Shown here in pieces: positions 51,435 to 61,398 of a DNA stretch of 64,000 bases; positions within the stretch are counted from its first letter, which is position 1; every line of letters starts with the position of its first letter. The position numbers were made by a program, and so were the translations under genes. Origin of the DNA: a virus. The notes beneath the pieces were generated by a model. It saw nothing but the letters and a program-made list of their open reading frames with translations. It had not been told where the DNA came from and made no database searches. The stretch covers positions 69,912 through 133,911 of the IMG/VR virus record IMGVR_UViG_3300010430_000007; one strand, given 5' to 3'.

Positions 51435-51719
51435 ATGATAGATGAGTTTTTGAGAAAGTTTAATAATGATGTGATTTCTCAAAATGCACAAGTAACAAAA
51501 AGAAATAATAGGTCTGCTAAATATGCACTTGCAACAGTTCAAAGTATACAAACTGGAACGATTACTGTTCAATTTTTAAGAGACGCTTCTGGGACAGTAG
51601 AAGTATCAGGAGTAATTTTACCCCCTTCTATCAGTGTAATAGTCGGAGATACGGTAAAAATAGTTAACGCAAATAATTCCCTTCAATCATCAGCATGGGA
51701 AGTTACAAATAAAATATAA
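51435..51719 (+). CDS. small tail-tip protein (OB-fold spike-like)
   Basis: ATV..I..GTITVQF...VGDTVKI. Confidence 0.45.
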   Translation: MIDEFLRKFNNDVISQNAQVTKRNNRSAKYALATVQSIQTGTITVQFLRDASGTVEVSGVILPPSISVIVGDTVKIVNANNSLQSSAWEVTNKI

Positions 51720-51731
51720 AGGAGGGATTTT

Positions 51732-54700
51732 ATGGCAATACAAACAAAAGCAGATATACCGTATATTTACTACGCAGAGGCTACAGAATTTCTTGAGCTA
51801 TCTATGAAGTTTAATCCTGATAGAACTACGACTGGAGCAGAGTCATTTAATTCATTCACTAGTGGTACAACATATACTACAGCAGATGGTGGAGAAGAAG
51901 ACATATTCGACCAGTTACAAGTTGTGCTAGAGCCATATAATATAGACGCCCAATACCTAAACAGTATTAGGGCAGAAATTATAAAAATATTTGACAATCC
52001 AGAAATTCCAATCGTTTTATCACCATCCACGCCAATCGTTTCAACAACAGAAACAGAGTTTGGCGCACCGCTTAAAGGTGTTATTACAGGTAGAACTATA
52101 GCACTTACTAATTCTATTAAAGGAGATTTTAGCGATTTATCAGAGTGGAATGTTCTTAACTCAACTTTAGATAATTCAGATGCTCAATATATCAAGGTTA
52201 TAAATCCAACGGGGAACATATTTGGCTTTTATACTGATAGTGTAATTGAATTAAGCAGCCCATCAGATAAATTGTTCGTCTACTCAAAAGCAAAAGCAAT
52301 ACACGGTTCACAAACGTTTTCTAGAATTTTCATGGAAGTAGATGACCCAGATGAAGAAATAGGAACTGTAACAAATCCTGTAAATAATCAAGAATATGAG
52401 TTATATGGAGTTACAACTAGAACGGACTTTATAAGCCCAGTTAGAGCTAAAATTTACGGGAGAACTAATGTAACTGATGCTAATGCCGAATTATGGGTAG
52501 ATAAAGAAGTTGGGGTATTTGCATTAAATGTAACTCAATTAGATGCAGAATTAGCGTCCGAAGGTTACACGGAACAAGAAAGAGAAGATGTATATCTATC
52601 GATTGCAAGAAATGGTTATTTCGAATCATACTTCCAATCAACCAACTTTGTAGAAATATCGACTAATAATAAGAATTTGTTTGAAATAAATAAAGAAATA
52701 TCAGTATACAATCCAAGTGAAAGTGGTGTGGGTATAGAGCGATTAGATACTGGTATAAGGGTTTTTTCAAAAACTGCCGGAACATTTAGAACAGTTAGGA
52801 TGATTTATCAATTAAAACCAAATACTAGTTATGATATGAGTAGAATTGTGAATGTACTATCGGGAGCGACAGCGGCAGGAGCTGGTCAGATATTTATATC
52901 AAACATACCAGTTCCAGTAGTATTTTCAAAAACAGAAACAGACACAACTTTTATCACTGGCTCAGACGGAATAACATACGTTACCTTTTACGCAACTCAC
53001 AGTACAACAGAAGATGGAGATGTAGAATTTAAGGATGTTATTATTAACGAAAGTATCACTGATTCTGATTATGTAAAAAACGAACAATCGCGTTTAAGCC
53101 TAGGCAACAACCCACTAGGTTCGTCGCCAAGAGGAACACTGGACAAATACGATATAGAAGCCGATGTATTTCTCGAAAACACAAATATCGGTCGTGATGG
53201 TTCAGTCGAACATCTTAGCGGAACTTTAACTAATTACATTAACGGACAAGGTTTTAACAACGATTTATCAGGTGCTAGATTGGCAGGAGTTGCAAATGGA
53301 GCTTTAACTGAAACTTTAGATAGTGGGTTTGGTTATGATAATTTAAACATTTATAGAGTTATTAGAACCACCAATACTTTGCTAACTGAACATGGTATAT
53401 ATATTAGCCCTAGTGGTTTTATTGTTATATACGTACCAACATCGTTATTGGCAACCGATGATTTAGCGGGCATTCAAGCTTATTTTGATGAAAATCAAAT
53501 TGATATAGTTTACGAATTAGAAACACAATCAAGACGTAAGCTAGGTATAAACTCACAAGCATTATCGTTTGCTGATTATACACAAGTTAGTGTCGAAACT
53601 GGCAAAGTACCAAAAGAATTAGCAAAAGCACTATTGAGCACTGGATATGTATATATCAACTTCCTGAACTTAGCGGCAGGAGATACACGTTTAAAGCTTG
53701 AATGCGACGTTATTGAAAATGTATATTTTGAAGGTAAAAACATAACTGGCTTAGGAACTATTTTAGAATCTCCTGGTTGGGATGTTTATGGAAACCAAGG
53801 GTGGAGAATAGAAGAATCGGTTGTTGAAGAAAATAACATTGATATCAATAAAATTCGTGTCGATTACAAAACACTAGAAACCAACAACCAAGCAAGTGTA
53901 ACGGGCGAGTTTAACAATTCATTGGCAGAAGCACAAGCAGACGAAGCTAAGAAACTTGCTGATGTTGGCAATAATGTAGATGAAGTAACCGCTAGATTTA
54001 ATGACTCTGTTGGGAATTTGGGTGGTGCAGGCGTAGATGATTTTGCAATAACGCCAGCCGGTCTTTGTTCTTGGTCTAATCCAACTTCTAGTGATTTTGA
54101 GGATGTTACAATTTACCAAGCTAAATTTGATATTAGTACGATTGATAGAATATTACTTGAAAATGACGATGCAGTAACAAAATATGTAACATCAGGAACT
54201 TCTCAAGGTACATTGATAGACCCATTGACAGACTACACATATGTTATAACACCTAGGTATGCAGTTGGTGGTAAAAGCTATTATGGAAGACGCTCTATTC
54301 AAACATTAAGCACCCCAGACATTGCAACTTATTACGATGCGCCGGATAATCCTGGCGGCATGGTTGTAACCGGTACGGCGGTTATTAATCCTGAGGGTAT
54401 TGTTATTAGACAGGACCCGACACCTAGCATATTCGGAACGACAAACACGCCAAGCGCTGAAGATTTAAGCGCATACAGCAGAATACAATGTGACTTTACA
54501 AAAGAAGGTTCAGGAACAACTTCCGGGTTTTCTGTAATATGTAGAGTGGTTTCCAGTATAGGTGGTACTGTTTTAGCTTCTCAAAGTATAACAGCCAATT
54601 TATCTCCTGGTGATTATGTTTTGAATGTAGACGTTACCGCAGTAAGCACTGGTTATATCGAATTTGTATATGAAGGTTCAGGGGATCAATTTTTCCCATT

Positions 54701-54740
54701 GAAATACTTCATGACTAAATTAGAAGCTCACGTAAGTTAG
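51732..54740 (+). CDS. tail fibre/receptor-binding protein (1002 aa)
   Basis: beta-rich, NKNLF carbohydrate-binding-module-like segment, end of the tail operon. Confidence 0.65.
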   Translation: MAIQTKADIPYIYYAEATEFLELSMKFNPDRTTTGAESFNSFTSGTTYTTADGGEEDIFDQLQVVLEPYNIDAQYLNSIRAEIIKIFDNPEIPIVLSPSTPIVSTTETEFGAPLKGVITGRTIALTNSIKGDFSDLSEWNVLNSTLDNSDAQYIKVINPTGNIFGFYTDSVIELSSPSDKLFVYSKAKAIHGSQTFSRIFMEVDDPDEEIGTVTNPVNNQEYELYGVTTRTDFISPVRAKIYGRTNVTDANAELWVDKEVGVFALNVTQLDAELASEGYTEQEREDVYLSIARNGYFESYFQSTNFVEISTNNKNLFEINKEISVYNPSESGVGIERLDTGIRVFSKTAGTFRTVRMIYQLKPNTSYDMSRIVNVLSGATAAGAGQIFISNIPVPVVFSKTETDTTFITGSDGITYVTFYATHSTTEDGDVEFKDVIINESITDSDYVKNEQSRLSLGNNPLGSSPRGTLDKYDIEADVFLENTNIGRDGSVEHLSGTLTNYINGQGFNNDLSGARLAGVANGALTETLDSGFGYDNLNIYRVIRTTNTLLTEHGIYISPSGFIVIYVPTSLLATDDLAGIQAYFDENQIDIVYELETQSRRKLGINSQALSFADYTQVSVETGKVPKELAKALLSTGYVYINFLNLAAGDTRLKLECDVIENVYFEGKNITGLGTILESPGWDVYGNQGWRIEESVVEENNIDINKIRVDYKTLETNNQASVTGEFNNSLAEAQADEAKKLADVGNNVDEVTARFNDSVGNLGGAGVDDFAITPAGLCSWSNPTSSDFEDVTIYQAKFDISTIDRILLENDDAVTKYVTSGTSQGTLIDPLTDYTYVITPRYAVGGKSYYGRRSIQTLSTPDIATYYDAPDNPGGMVVTGTAVINPEGIVIRQDPTPSIFGTTNTPSAEDLSAYSRIQCDFTKEGSGTTSGFSVICRVVSSIGGTVLASQSITANLSPGDYVLNVDVTAVSTGYIEFVYEGSGDQFFPLKYFMTKLEAHVS

Positions 54741-54750
54741 GAGGTTTAAT

Positions 54751-55311
54751 GTGAAAATTTATTGTAAACCATATATGGGGCCGGGAGATTCAATAACCGG
54801 CTCTGTAGTAGATATTGAATCGAATACAACAAATTTGCCAACTGTTTCTATTGATGATATTTATGAAGATTATCCCGTAGAAATTGAGCGATTGATGGAA
54901 AAATCGGATGAAGATTTGCAAGTTGTTCTTGATGAAGATAATAACCCGGTAATGGTGCAAGCTATTGACGAAGAAACCGGTGAACCTATCTATGATACAA
55001 TTTACGAACAAAGATTAAAAGATTGTGTTGTTGAATTTGATGTGACGGATAAATATTTTTTAAAGAGAACAGTAAAAGAGAAGTTGTGTTCTATATATTG
55101 GAATAAGACATTTTCAATCTTGTCTGGATACGAAACGTGCAATAGTGAATATAGCGTTAAAGCAAATGAAATTGAGGCTAAAATAAAAGCTATTGAGCTA
55201 GAAAGAAACCTAGAAAAAACAAAAGAGTCTTCAGATTTAATCAACGCTATGAATTTTGATATAATTGAAAAAATAATGCAAGACATAGACGAATTAAAGG
55301 CAGGTGTATAG
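54751..55311 (+). CDS. tail fibre-associated protein/chaperone
   Basis: GGAGG RBS; position. Confidence 0.45.
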   Translation: MKIYCKPYMGPGDSITGSVVDIESNTTNLPTVSIDDIYEDYPVEIERLMEKSDEDLQVVLDEDNNPVMVQAIDEETGEPIYDTIYEQRLKDCVVEFDVTDKYFLKRTVKEKLCSIYWNKTFSILSGYETCNSEYSVKANEIEAKIKAIELERNLEKTKESSDLINAMNFDIIEKIMQDIDELKAGV

Positions 55312-55633
55312 TATGAGTGCAAGCAAAAAAACAGACTTACTTAACAGAAAAAACAATGCTTCTTTAAACGATTACGCTATATTGTTTTTATGCGATGCAT
55401 ATTGGAGGTCTTCTTCTGTGGACTTTAACGACGAAGATAAAGCAGAAGTTATAGCATATCTAGGAGCAGACCCAAATTATGACATAGTTGAACTAATACG
55501 CACCATGCTGACTAATTATTATAGCACAGACTCTTTAGGTGAGGTCGATGTTAGAACAACATTAAGAAATTATAAAATTTTTGGATATATAACTACAGCA
55601 CAATACAATGAGTTTATTGGTCTGTTAAATTAA
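55304..55633 (+). CDS. hypothetical protein
   Basis: 109 aa ORF. Confidence 0.5.
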   Translation: MYSMSASKKTDLLNRKNNASLNDYAILFLCDAYWRSSSVDFNDEDKAEVIAYLGADPNYDIVELIRTMLTNYYSTDSLGEVDVRTTLRNYKIFGYITTAQYNEFIGLLN

Positions 55634-55669
55634 ATCAAAACACTTCCTATTTGAAAGGAGGTGAACTAA

Positions 55670-55915
55670 ATGAAAACAAATTATTTTAAGAGAGGGATTT
55701 TATTATGTATTATCTCTCTCTTTCTTGCAACTCTATCATCATTCTTACTTAAGATATATTCTATGGAAATTTTTATACCAATGTTATTGATATTAATAAG
55801 TGAATGGGGATTTTTCGTAGGGTTAATGTACATGTGGAACAGAGTAAGTATTGAAATGAGATGCAAGCAAACAATGGAGAATTTATTTGAAATAACTAGA
55901 AAATTAAAGAAATAG
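55670..55915 (+). CDS. small two-TM membrane protein
   Basis: AAGGAGGTG RBS; hydrophobic. Confidence 0.6.
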   Translation: MKTNYFKRGILLCIISLFLATLSSFLLKIYSMEIFIPMLLILISEWGFFVGLMYMWNRVSIEMRCKQTMENLFEITRKLKK

Positions 55916-56109
55916 GGCGAATTAGTAAAGGGACGAACAAACAAATTAAATAAGAAGGAATGATTATAAAATGCGTATGATAAGATATTTGAACGCTGTC
56001 TTTGACACTTGACAAAATAAGTACATATGATTGTACTTTATATGAGACTAAAGGAGAGAACATATAATGATAGATATAAAATACAATGAATTAGAGGAGT
56101 GGAATTATT

Positions 56110-56574
56110 ATGTCCCTAGAAAATACAAAAAGCCCTCAAAATAAATATGGAGGCGAAGATGTAATGGAAGCTGTAAAAGAGCTTAGTGGAAGAGTTTTTG
56201 ATGTCGAAGAAATAGTAAAAGAACATATTAAGTCAGACTATGAAAACATGAAAATAATGACTAACACAATGACAAAAATGTCTGTGGCGGTTGAATTTAT
56301 ATCAAAGTCATTAGAGAAACAAGAGAAATCAAACGAAGCTACAAAAGAATTAATATTAGCAATTAGAGATGAAAGCAAGGACAGAGACCATGAATTGCAA
56401 ATGAAGATTATGGACGCAGAGCATAGTGCTGAAAAGGCAGATATGCAACAAGACTTAAATATAAAATCTAAAAATAGTGGGTTGTTCGATAAATATAAAT
56501 ATTGGGTTATCACACTAATTGGCAGTACGGTATTTGGATATTTGTTCCATTTGGCAACAAGCGTACCAAAATAA
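56110..56574 (+). CDS. coiled-coil protein with C-terminal TM (XhlA/BhlA-like lysis accessory)
   Basis: coiled coil plus YWVITLIGSTVFGYLF TM; upstream of the endolysin. Confidence 0.55.
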   Translation: MSLENTKSPQNKYGGEDVMEAVKELSGRVFDVEEIVKEHIKSDYENMKIMTNTMTKMSVAVEFISKSLEKQEKSNEATKELILAIRDESKDRDHELQMKIMDAEHSAEKADMQQDLNIKSKNSGLFDKYKYWVITLIGSTVFGYLFHLATSVPK

Positions 56575-56577
56575 AAT

Positions 56578-56606
56578 TTGACAATTCAGAATATTTGTAG
56601 TAAAAT
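56578..56606 (+). promoter_or_regulatory. sigma-A-type promoter upstream of the endolysin
   Basis: TTGACA-17-TAAAAT. Confidence 0.5.
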
Positions 56607-56673
56607 ATGAGTATGATGAGTAAGAGAGACTTGTCGTACTAAATTTTATTATAAGTAGAAAGGAGAGAGAGTT

Positions 56674-58356
56674 ATGGGATTTAAGATGAAGTATGAGATT
56701 ATAGAAGATTTCTTACCAATTGAAAAAGATTCAGGTAAAAGACGTAGACAGGGTAGAATCTCAACCTGTGAATGTGGAGCTGTGCATGATACTGGAGTCT
56801 CCGACCAAACAGACCAAGGAAATATTAATTGGGCTAAACGCACATTGAATGACTCTTACGCATGGGCAAACTTCTTTACAGATTATGACTCAATTAGAAT
56901 ATCAATACCATGTTTGATAGACGTTAATAAAATTGAGAGAGCATGTAGTGTTAACTCGTCAGCTACACTTGATAACGAACTGTTTGGTGGCAATTGTAAC
57001 GATATAGCAGTTAGTGGAGAAATGTGTTATTACACAGACAAATCTAAGACATGGAGTTCGTATAGTAGATTCGTATTTATGTGGAGTTACCTTGGATATT
57101 TTCACAAATGGAAAGAAAGATTCGGCACAGTCAGTGGTAGATTAATCGGACACTTTCAATTACAGCCACACAATAGAACTGACCCTATGAATGCATTTAA
57201 AACCATTGGTGTAACGTGGGAACAGTTCTTGAATGATGTAGACCGAATATATGATGAATGTTTAATGGAGGATAATATGGTATTAAATAGTAAGCAAAAA
57301 TATTACTGTAGATATAAAAAAGAATTGACAGGCAAAGGTGAAAAATTAGCATTCATTGAATTCTCTGCCACTCAAGCATTGATGGATAATCCTGATTGTA
57401 TAACTCCATTACCTATGATTATATGGAATCCTAATACAGCTTATGGAAAACATCCTGAGATGACTTATGGAATATTAAGAGATGGTCTGCCTGATGCAGA
57501 AATTTATTTATTACCAAATACGAGTGAAGGTCTTAGATATGCTAAAGAACATGGAATCACAATCATAAACGCAAGTATTAATAACATATTAGCAAGTGAT
57601 GATTTAGAGTTGGAAATAGCAAAAGACATTTTATTTGTAGTAGCGACTGGTAATGATGGAATGAAAGAACATCATGAAGAAACGGTTAGTTGTCAGAATG
57701 AATGGACTTTAGGGGCTGCTGGATGTTATTATTGGACTAATAAGCCAGAGTTATATAAACATAGCTCATACGGAAGTAATAGTGTATTTAATTGTGGAAT
57801 GACGTACTTATCTTATGATAGAGAAAATCCATCATTAAAATACTCAGGCACGAGTTGTGCGACCCCGTGGAATTCCGTATTATATAATCAGATAAATCAG
57901 GCATTTAAATTAGAATATGGATTTAATGCTCCAGTTGAATTAATCAAATCATTTGCTATAGACCACAGTGAAGATTTTGGTGAGGATGACATAAGATGTG
58001 GACACGGAATACTCAGACTACCTAAAGAATTCGACTTCAGTAAGTATGTGAATAGAATTTCATTAGTGGATGAAAGTGTTGTTTCATTGGGAGTGCTATG
58101 TGAGAAATTAAGGATAGATATTAATCGTGTGCCGTTGTATGATGGTTCAGAGAAATTGATATTGAGTAAAGATAGTAAGAAGCTAGAGCTATTCGCCCAC
58201 ACGGGACTATATACAATGTTTAATGACAATAAATTGTATCATGGGACTATGTTTGGGATTAAGAATGGCGAGGTAGAAATAGATGTAAATTTTGCAAGTG
58301 AGTTGTTAGGATTTAAGTATTCGCTTGACAAAGATGATATTATAGTATATGGTTAA
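56674..58356 (+). CDS. endolysin: Amidase_2 domain fused to a subtilisin-like (S8) domain and a C-terminal cell-binding-like domain
   Basis: amidase VHDTG...EMC...GHF...TDP; S8-like IINAS...VVATGNDG...GTSCATP...GHG. Confidence 0.75.
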   Translation: MGFKMKYEIIEDFLPIEKDSGKRRRQGRISTCECGAVHDTGVSDQTDQGNINWAKRTLNDSYAWANFFTDYDSIRISIPCLIDVNKIERACSVNSSATLDNELFGGNCNDIAVSGEMCYYTDKSKTWSSYSRFVFMWSYLGYFHKWKERFGTVSGRLIGHFQLQPHNRTDPMNAFKTIGVTWEQFLNDVDRIYDECLMEDNMVLNSKQKYYCRYKKELTGKGEKLAFIEFSATQALMDNPDCITPLPMIIWNPNTAYGKHPEMTYGILRDGLPDAEIYLLPNTSEGLRYAKEHGITIINASINNILASDDLELEIAKDILFVVATGNDGMKEHHEETVSCQNEWTLGAAGCYYWTNKPELYKHSSYGSNSVFNCGMTYLSYDRENPSLKYSGTSCATPWNSVLYNQINQAFKLEYGFNAPVELIKSFAIDHSEDFGEDDIRCGHGILRLPKEFDFSKYVNRISLVDESVVSLGVLCEKLRIDINRVPLYDGSEKLILSKDSKKLELFAHTGLYTMFNDNKLYHGTMFGIKNGEVEIDVNFASELLGFKYSLDKDDIIVYG

Positions 58357-58375
58357 TAAAAAGGAGAGATGATTT

Positions 58376-58726
58376 GTGATTAATTTATTAGTATTGATTT
58401 TAGTTAGTATTATTGTATCGCAAGACGTGGAAGTTCTTAAGGGATTGAAAGATTGGGCAATTAATAAACAATGGACTGAAGGTAAGATTGCAATTCCATT
58501 ATCAATTTTAATTGGTATTATCGCAGGACTTACATTAGAGTTAGGTATTACAGATGCCATTTTAAAAGCAGTAGATGTTGAATATACGTTTCCAGTTGCA
58601 TTCACTTATTTTGATTTAGGTAGCTCATGCTTATTCCTATCAAAAGGTGCAGGGTTTATTATTGACACATTGGAAAAGTTTAAAGAAGCAAGAGTCTCTG
58701 TAGCAGGAGATAAAGTTAAGAAGTAA
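58376..58726 (+). CDS. holin candidate
   Basis: small, three hydrophobic segments, charged C-terminus, next to the endolysin. Confidence 0.65.
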   Translation: MINLLVLILVSIIVSQDVEVLKGLKDWAINKQWTEGKIAIPLSILIGIIAGLTLELGITDAILKAVDVEYTFPVAFTYFDLGSSCLFLSKGAGFIIDTLEKFKEARVSVAGDKVKK

Positions 58727-58732
58727 TACACT

Positions 58733-58784
58733 AAGAGGATATCTTAGATTGATTAATTTCAGTCTTTGATATCCTCTTTTTTTA
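58733..58784. terminator. terminator between convergent operons
   Basis: AAGAGGATATC...GATATCCTCTT plus long T-tract. Confidence 0.7.
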
Positions 58785-59504
58785 TTTTTTTGAGCTATAT
58801 TTAATTTTATTCAGCCCACCTTCTACGGCAGTTTTATATGCCCTCTTGATAGGTATATTTCCTTCAAATGTATAAAACATGTTTGCTACATTGTCGAGCT
58901 CAAAGAAGTATTCCCATTCTTTTTCGGGAGTCCACTTAGTCTTATTTTTACTATCCTGTTTGCCATGTATTTTTAAATGCTTTGCTTTGATTTTGTTTAA
59001 TAGTTTCGAACCGCTAGACATTTCTACCCAAGGAGAGAATATTGATATTCTATAAAACTCCTTATCATCATCTGATAAACTCTTCCATTTTTGTGACTTC
59101 TTATTAATAGATTGCTCTGTGTATTCTGCACCAAGATAAAGATCATCAACCTGACAGATGAAGTAGTAAGGTATATTTTCATGTTGACTCATCCATAGCT
59201 TTCTCTTTAAAACACTCTCTTTTTCCGCATAGTCACCGCTGTCTTTTGTATCTACAAGAATAAAATCAGAGCCTAGATGCGGTTCATTTAGATATAACTT
59301 AAAATCAATATCGTGATTAGTTGGTCTAGATTTGCCTTCTTTAAAGTCAATAAACTCTGGAATAATTTCATATCTGACTTGAATTTCAAAGTCTCTTATC
59401 CATCCGTTTTCCTTGGCATGCTTACAGAGGCAATAAAATCTTGCCTCTGGTATGCTATCAAATTTATGGTTGTCTATTGTGTATTTTGTACTAGTTCTAG
59501 CCAT
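58782..59504 (-). CDS. DUF1064-like PD-(D/E)XK nuclease
   Basis: TIDNHKFDS..EA.FY...FEIQ..YEIIP...DF...VDTK. Confidence 0.7.
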   Translation of the reverse strand: MARTSTKYTIDNHKFDSIPEARFYCLCKHAKENGWIRDFEIQVRYEIIPEFIDFKEGKSRPTNHDIDFKLYLNEPHLGSDFILVDTKDSGDYAEKESVLKRKLWMSQHENIPYYFICQVDDLYLGAEYTEQSINKKSQKWKSLSDDDKEFYRISIFSPWVEMSSGSKLLNKIKAKHLKIHGKQDSKNKTKWTPEKEWEYFFELDNVANMFYTFEGNIPIKRAYKTAVEGGLNKIKYSSKK

Positions 59505-60182
59505 CTACTCAACTCCAGTCAATTCTTTAAAGTAAGGAAGTTCTAAAATCCAATCACAAATTTTATGCCATTCTGATAATCTATGGTTCTTTCTTTGATG
59601 CAGTATATTTAATAATTCTGCATAAGATGTATCAACAGTTCTTTTTTGAAGAAAACTTTCAGGTAAATTTGACTTAAATTCTCCAATAAATGTATCTGAA
59701 GTAATCTCTTTATTCTTCTTTTTCTCAATGAGATTATTTAGGTAATCTAACTGTGAATACTGGATTGGTCTTTCGAAATCATCCTCTTTTAAAAATCTTC
59801 TATGTGCCGTATGCATTGTGCTACAACTATTTTTTGTATTGAATTTGTAAGTGTCGAATTCAGACCAAATATATCTTGGAAGTGTTAAGTCAGCCCATAC
59901 ATGAATTTGTCTTAGGAATTTACAATGCTCACTCCCAGATTTGGTTAGTTTTTGTGCTAACTTCTTGTCTTCTTCTCCTAGAAAAAATCCTTCTTCATTA
60001 TAATTGTTGTAAAAATATCTTTGCTGAAAAGGACTCAATTCTTCCTTGCTTGGATAAAAAATAAGTTCATCATAGTGTTCATATGCTTCTTTGCTATCAC
60101 TTTTCTCCCAACTATCTAGTGGATTTCTCATACCTCTCATTGATGCATTAAATCCATAAACTTCTGTATATTCAATATTCAT
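59505..60182 (-). CDS. ThyX-like (flavin-dependent thymidylate synthase-related) phage protein
   Basis: EHCKFLRQI...DLTLPRY.WSEFDTYK...SCSTMH; lacks the canonical RHR motif; GAGGTGG RBS before ATG 60182. Confidence 0.45.
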   Translation of the reverse strand: MNIEYTEVYGFNASMRGMRNPLDSWEKSDSKEAYEHYDELIFYPSKEELSPFQQRYFYNNYNEEGFFLGEEDKKLAQKLTKSGSEHCKFLRQIHVWADLTLPRYIWSEFDTYKFNTKNSCSTMHTAHRRFLKEDDFERPIQYSQLDYLNNLIEKKKNKEITSDTFIGEFKSNLPESFLQKRTVDTSYAELLNILHQRKNHRLSEWHKICDWILELPYFKELTGVE

Positions 60183-60183
60183 A

Positions 60184-60831
60184 TTACGCCACCTCTCTAT
60201 TCTTAGCATATCCAACAATATTCTCTGTTAATTTCTTACCTAATTTTCTGTAATCGAAATAAATATCAATATCATCCACTTTGTGTGATAAATTGTTTCC
60301 GATATCAAATACAGTTCTTGATTTCTTAAATCCATATAGGTCTACGATTAATGGAGTATCGAATGGAATGGCTGAGACTATAATATCCGCAACCTTAAGT
60401 GCTTCTGCAATATCATAGGGATGAGTTTTAGAACTGATTAGCGTAACTGATTCGATATCCAAGTCCTCTACATCTTCTTTTAATGCATCATGAATACGTG
60501 TGGCAATATGACCTGAACCACCGAAGATGACTATATTTGATTTCTCGTTGTAGACTAGTTCGTTATATTGTGATACTTTGTAGATTCCATTTAATGCTAG
60601 GTTTGACATGTTGTGATAGTACTCACAGTTGTTTAAATTATTGCTCAGTAGCTCTATTTCTTTGTCACAGAGGTCGTTAGGTGTCGGTATGACATACGGC
60701 ATGTCAGTATTAATAACTCCCGTTACAGTGTACTCTGTGCGTTGTGAGACACATTCATTTATTAAAGCTTTTGTAAATAGTTGAGCATCTTTTGATGATT
60801 GTATTTTAGAGTCCGTGTATATTTGTAACAT
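60184..60831 (-). CDS. FolD-like NAD(P)-binding protein (truncated)
   Basis: VIFGGSGHIA...VTLISSKT...ADIIVSAI...VFDIG.N matches the FolD C-terminal domain pattern. Confidence 0.6.
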   Translation of the reverse strand: MLQIYTDSKIQSSKDAQLFTKALINECVSQRTEYTVTGVINTDMPYVIPTPNDLCDKEIELLSNNLNNCEYYHNMSNLALNGIYKVSQYNELVYNEKSNIVIFGGSGHIATRIHDALKEDVEDLDIESVTLISSKTHPYDIAEALKVADIIVSAIPFDTPLIVDLYGFKKSRTVFDIGNNLSHKVDDIDIYFDYRKLGKKLTENIVGYAKNREVA

Positions 60832-60974
60832 GATATTCCTCCTTATGCTCTTTGTGTTGTTTTAATTTTTCTTCAAGTGACCATTTAAGGTCTATAGAAT
60901 TAGACTTTAGGGTATGTGATTTATCCACACACCCTAAGTATTCTATTATTTGTTTAAGTTCTGATTCTGATAGT

Positions 60975-61328
60975 TTAATCATTTTTCATATCTTTTTTAA
61001 TTTGATTTTCTACAATTTCAGAAAAGCAAGTTCCGCCATTATAGAATAATGCGTGACAATAATATGTGTCGTCATCAATCTTATTAAATTCACAGAAATC
61101 ATAACTATCTCTAATTTCTTCATGGTCTTCATATTTTCCCAAGAAACTATCTCCAATCACATAGTCGTCGTAATACATATCTCTAAAATATTCTTTGGTT
61201 CCATAAGTTAAATATTTATCTTCAGATACTCCATTGTTATTTAGGATATTACGCATCTCTTCTAATACTTTTTCTGAGCCTTTTGCAATAATTTTAATCT
61301 TGGCTTTTTCTCTTACGTAGTCGCTCAT
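60975..61328 (-). CDS. hypothetical protein
   Basis: AAGGAGG RBS, 117 aa. Confidence 0.6.
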   Translation of the reverse strand: MSDYVREKAKIKIIAKGSEKVLEEMRNILNNNGVSEDKYLTYGTKEYFRDMYYDDYVIGDSFLGKYEDHEEIRDSYDFCEFNKIDDDTYYCHALFYNGGTCFSEIVENQIKKDMKND

Positions 61329-61398
61329 AAATACCTCCTTATTATTTTTCTTTCGATGAAATGATGGTTTTGCACATTTCTATTTCTAGACTTTCTTC

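Noticed and set aside
60921-60929. Single perfect DnaA box TTATCCACA
   Set aside because: Isolated and probably within a small minus-strand ORF; one chance hit is plausible in 64 kb of AT-rich DNA.
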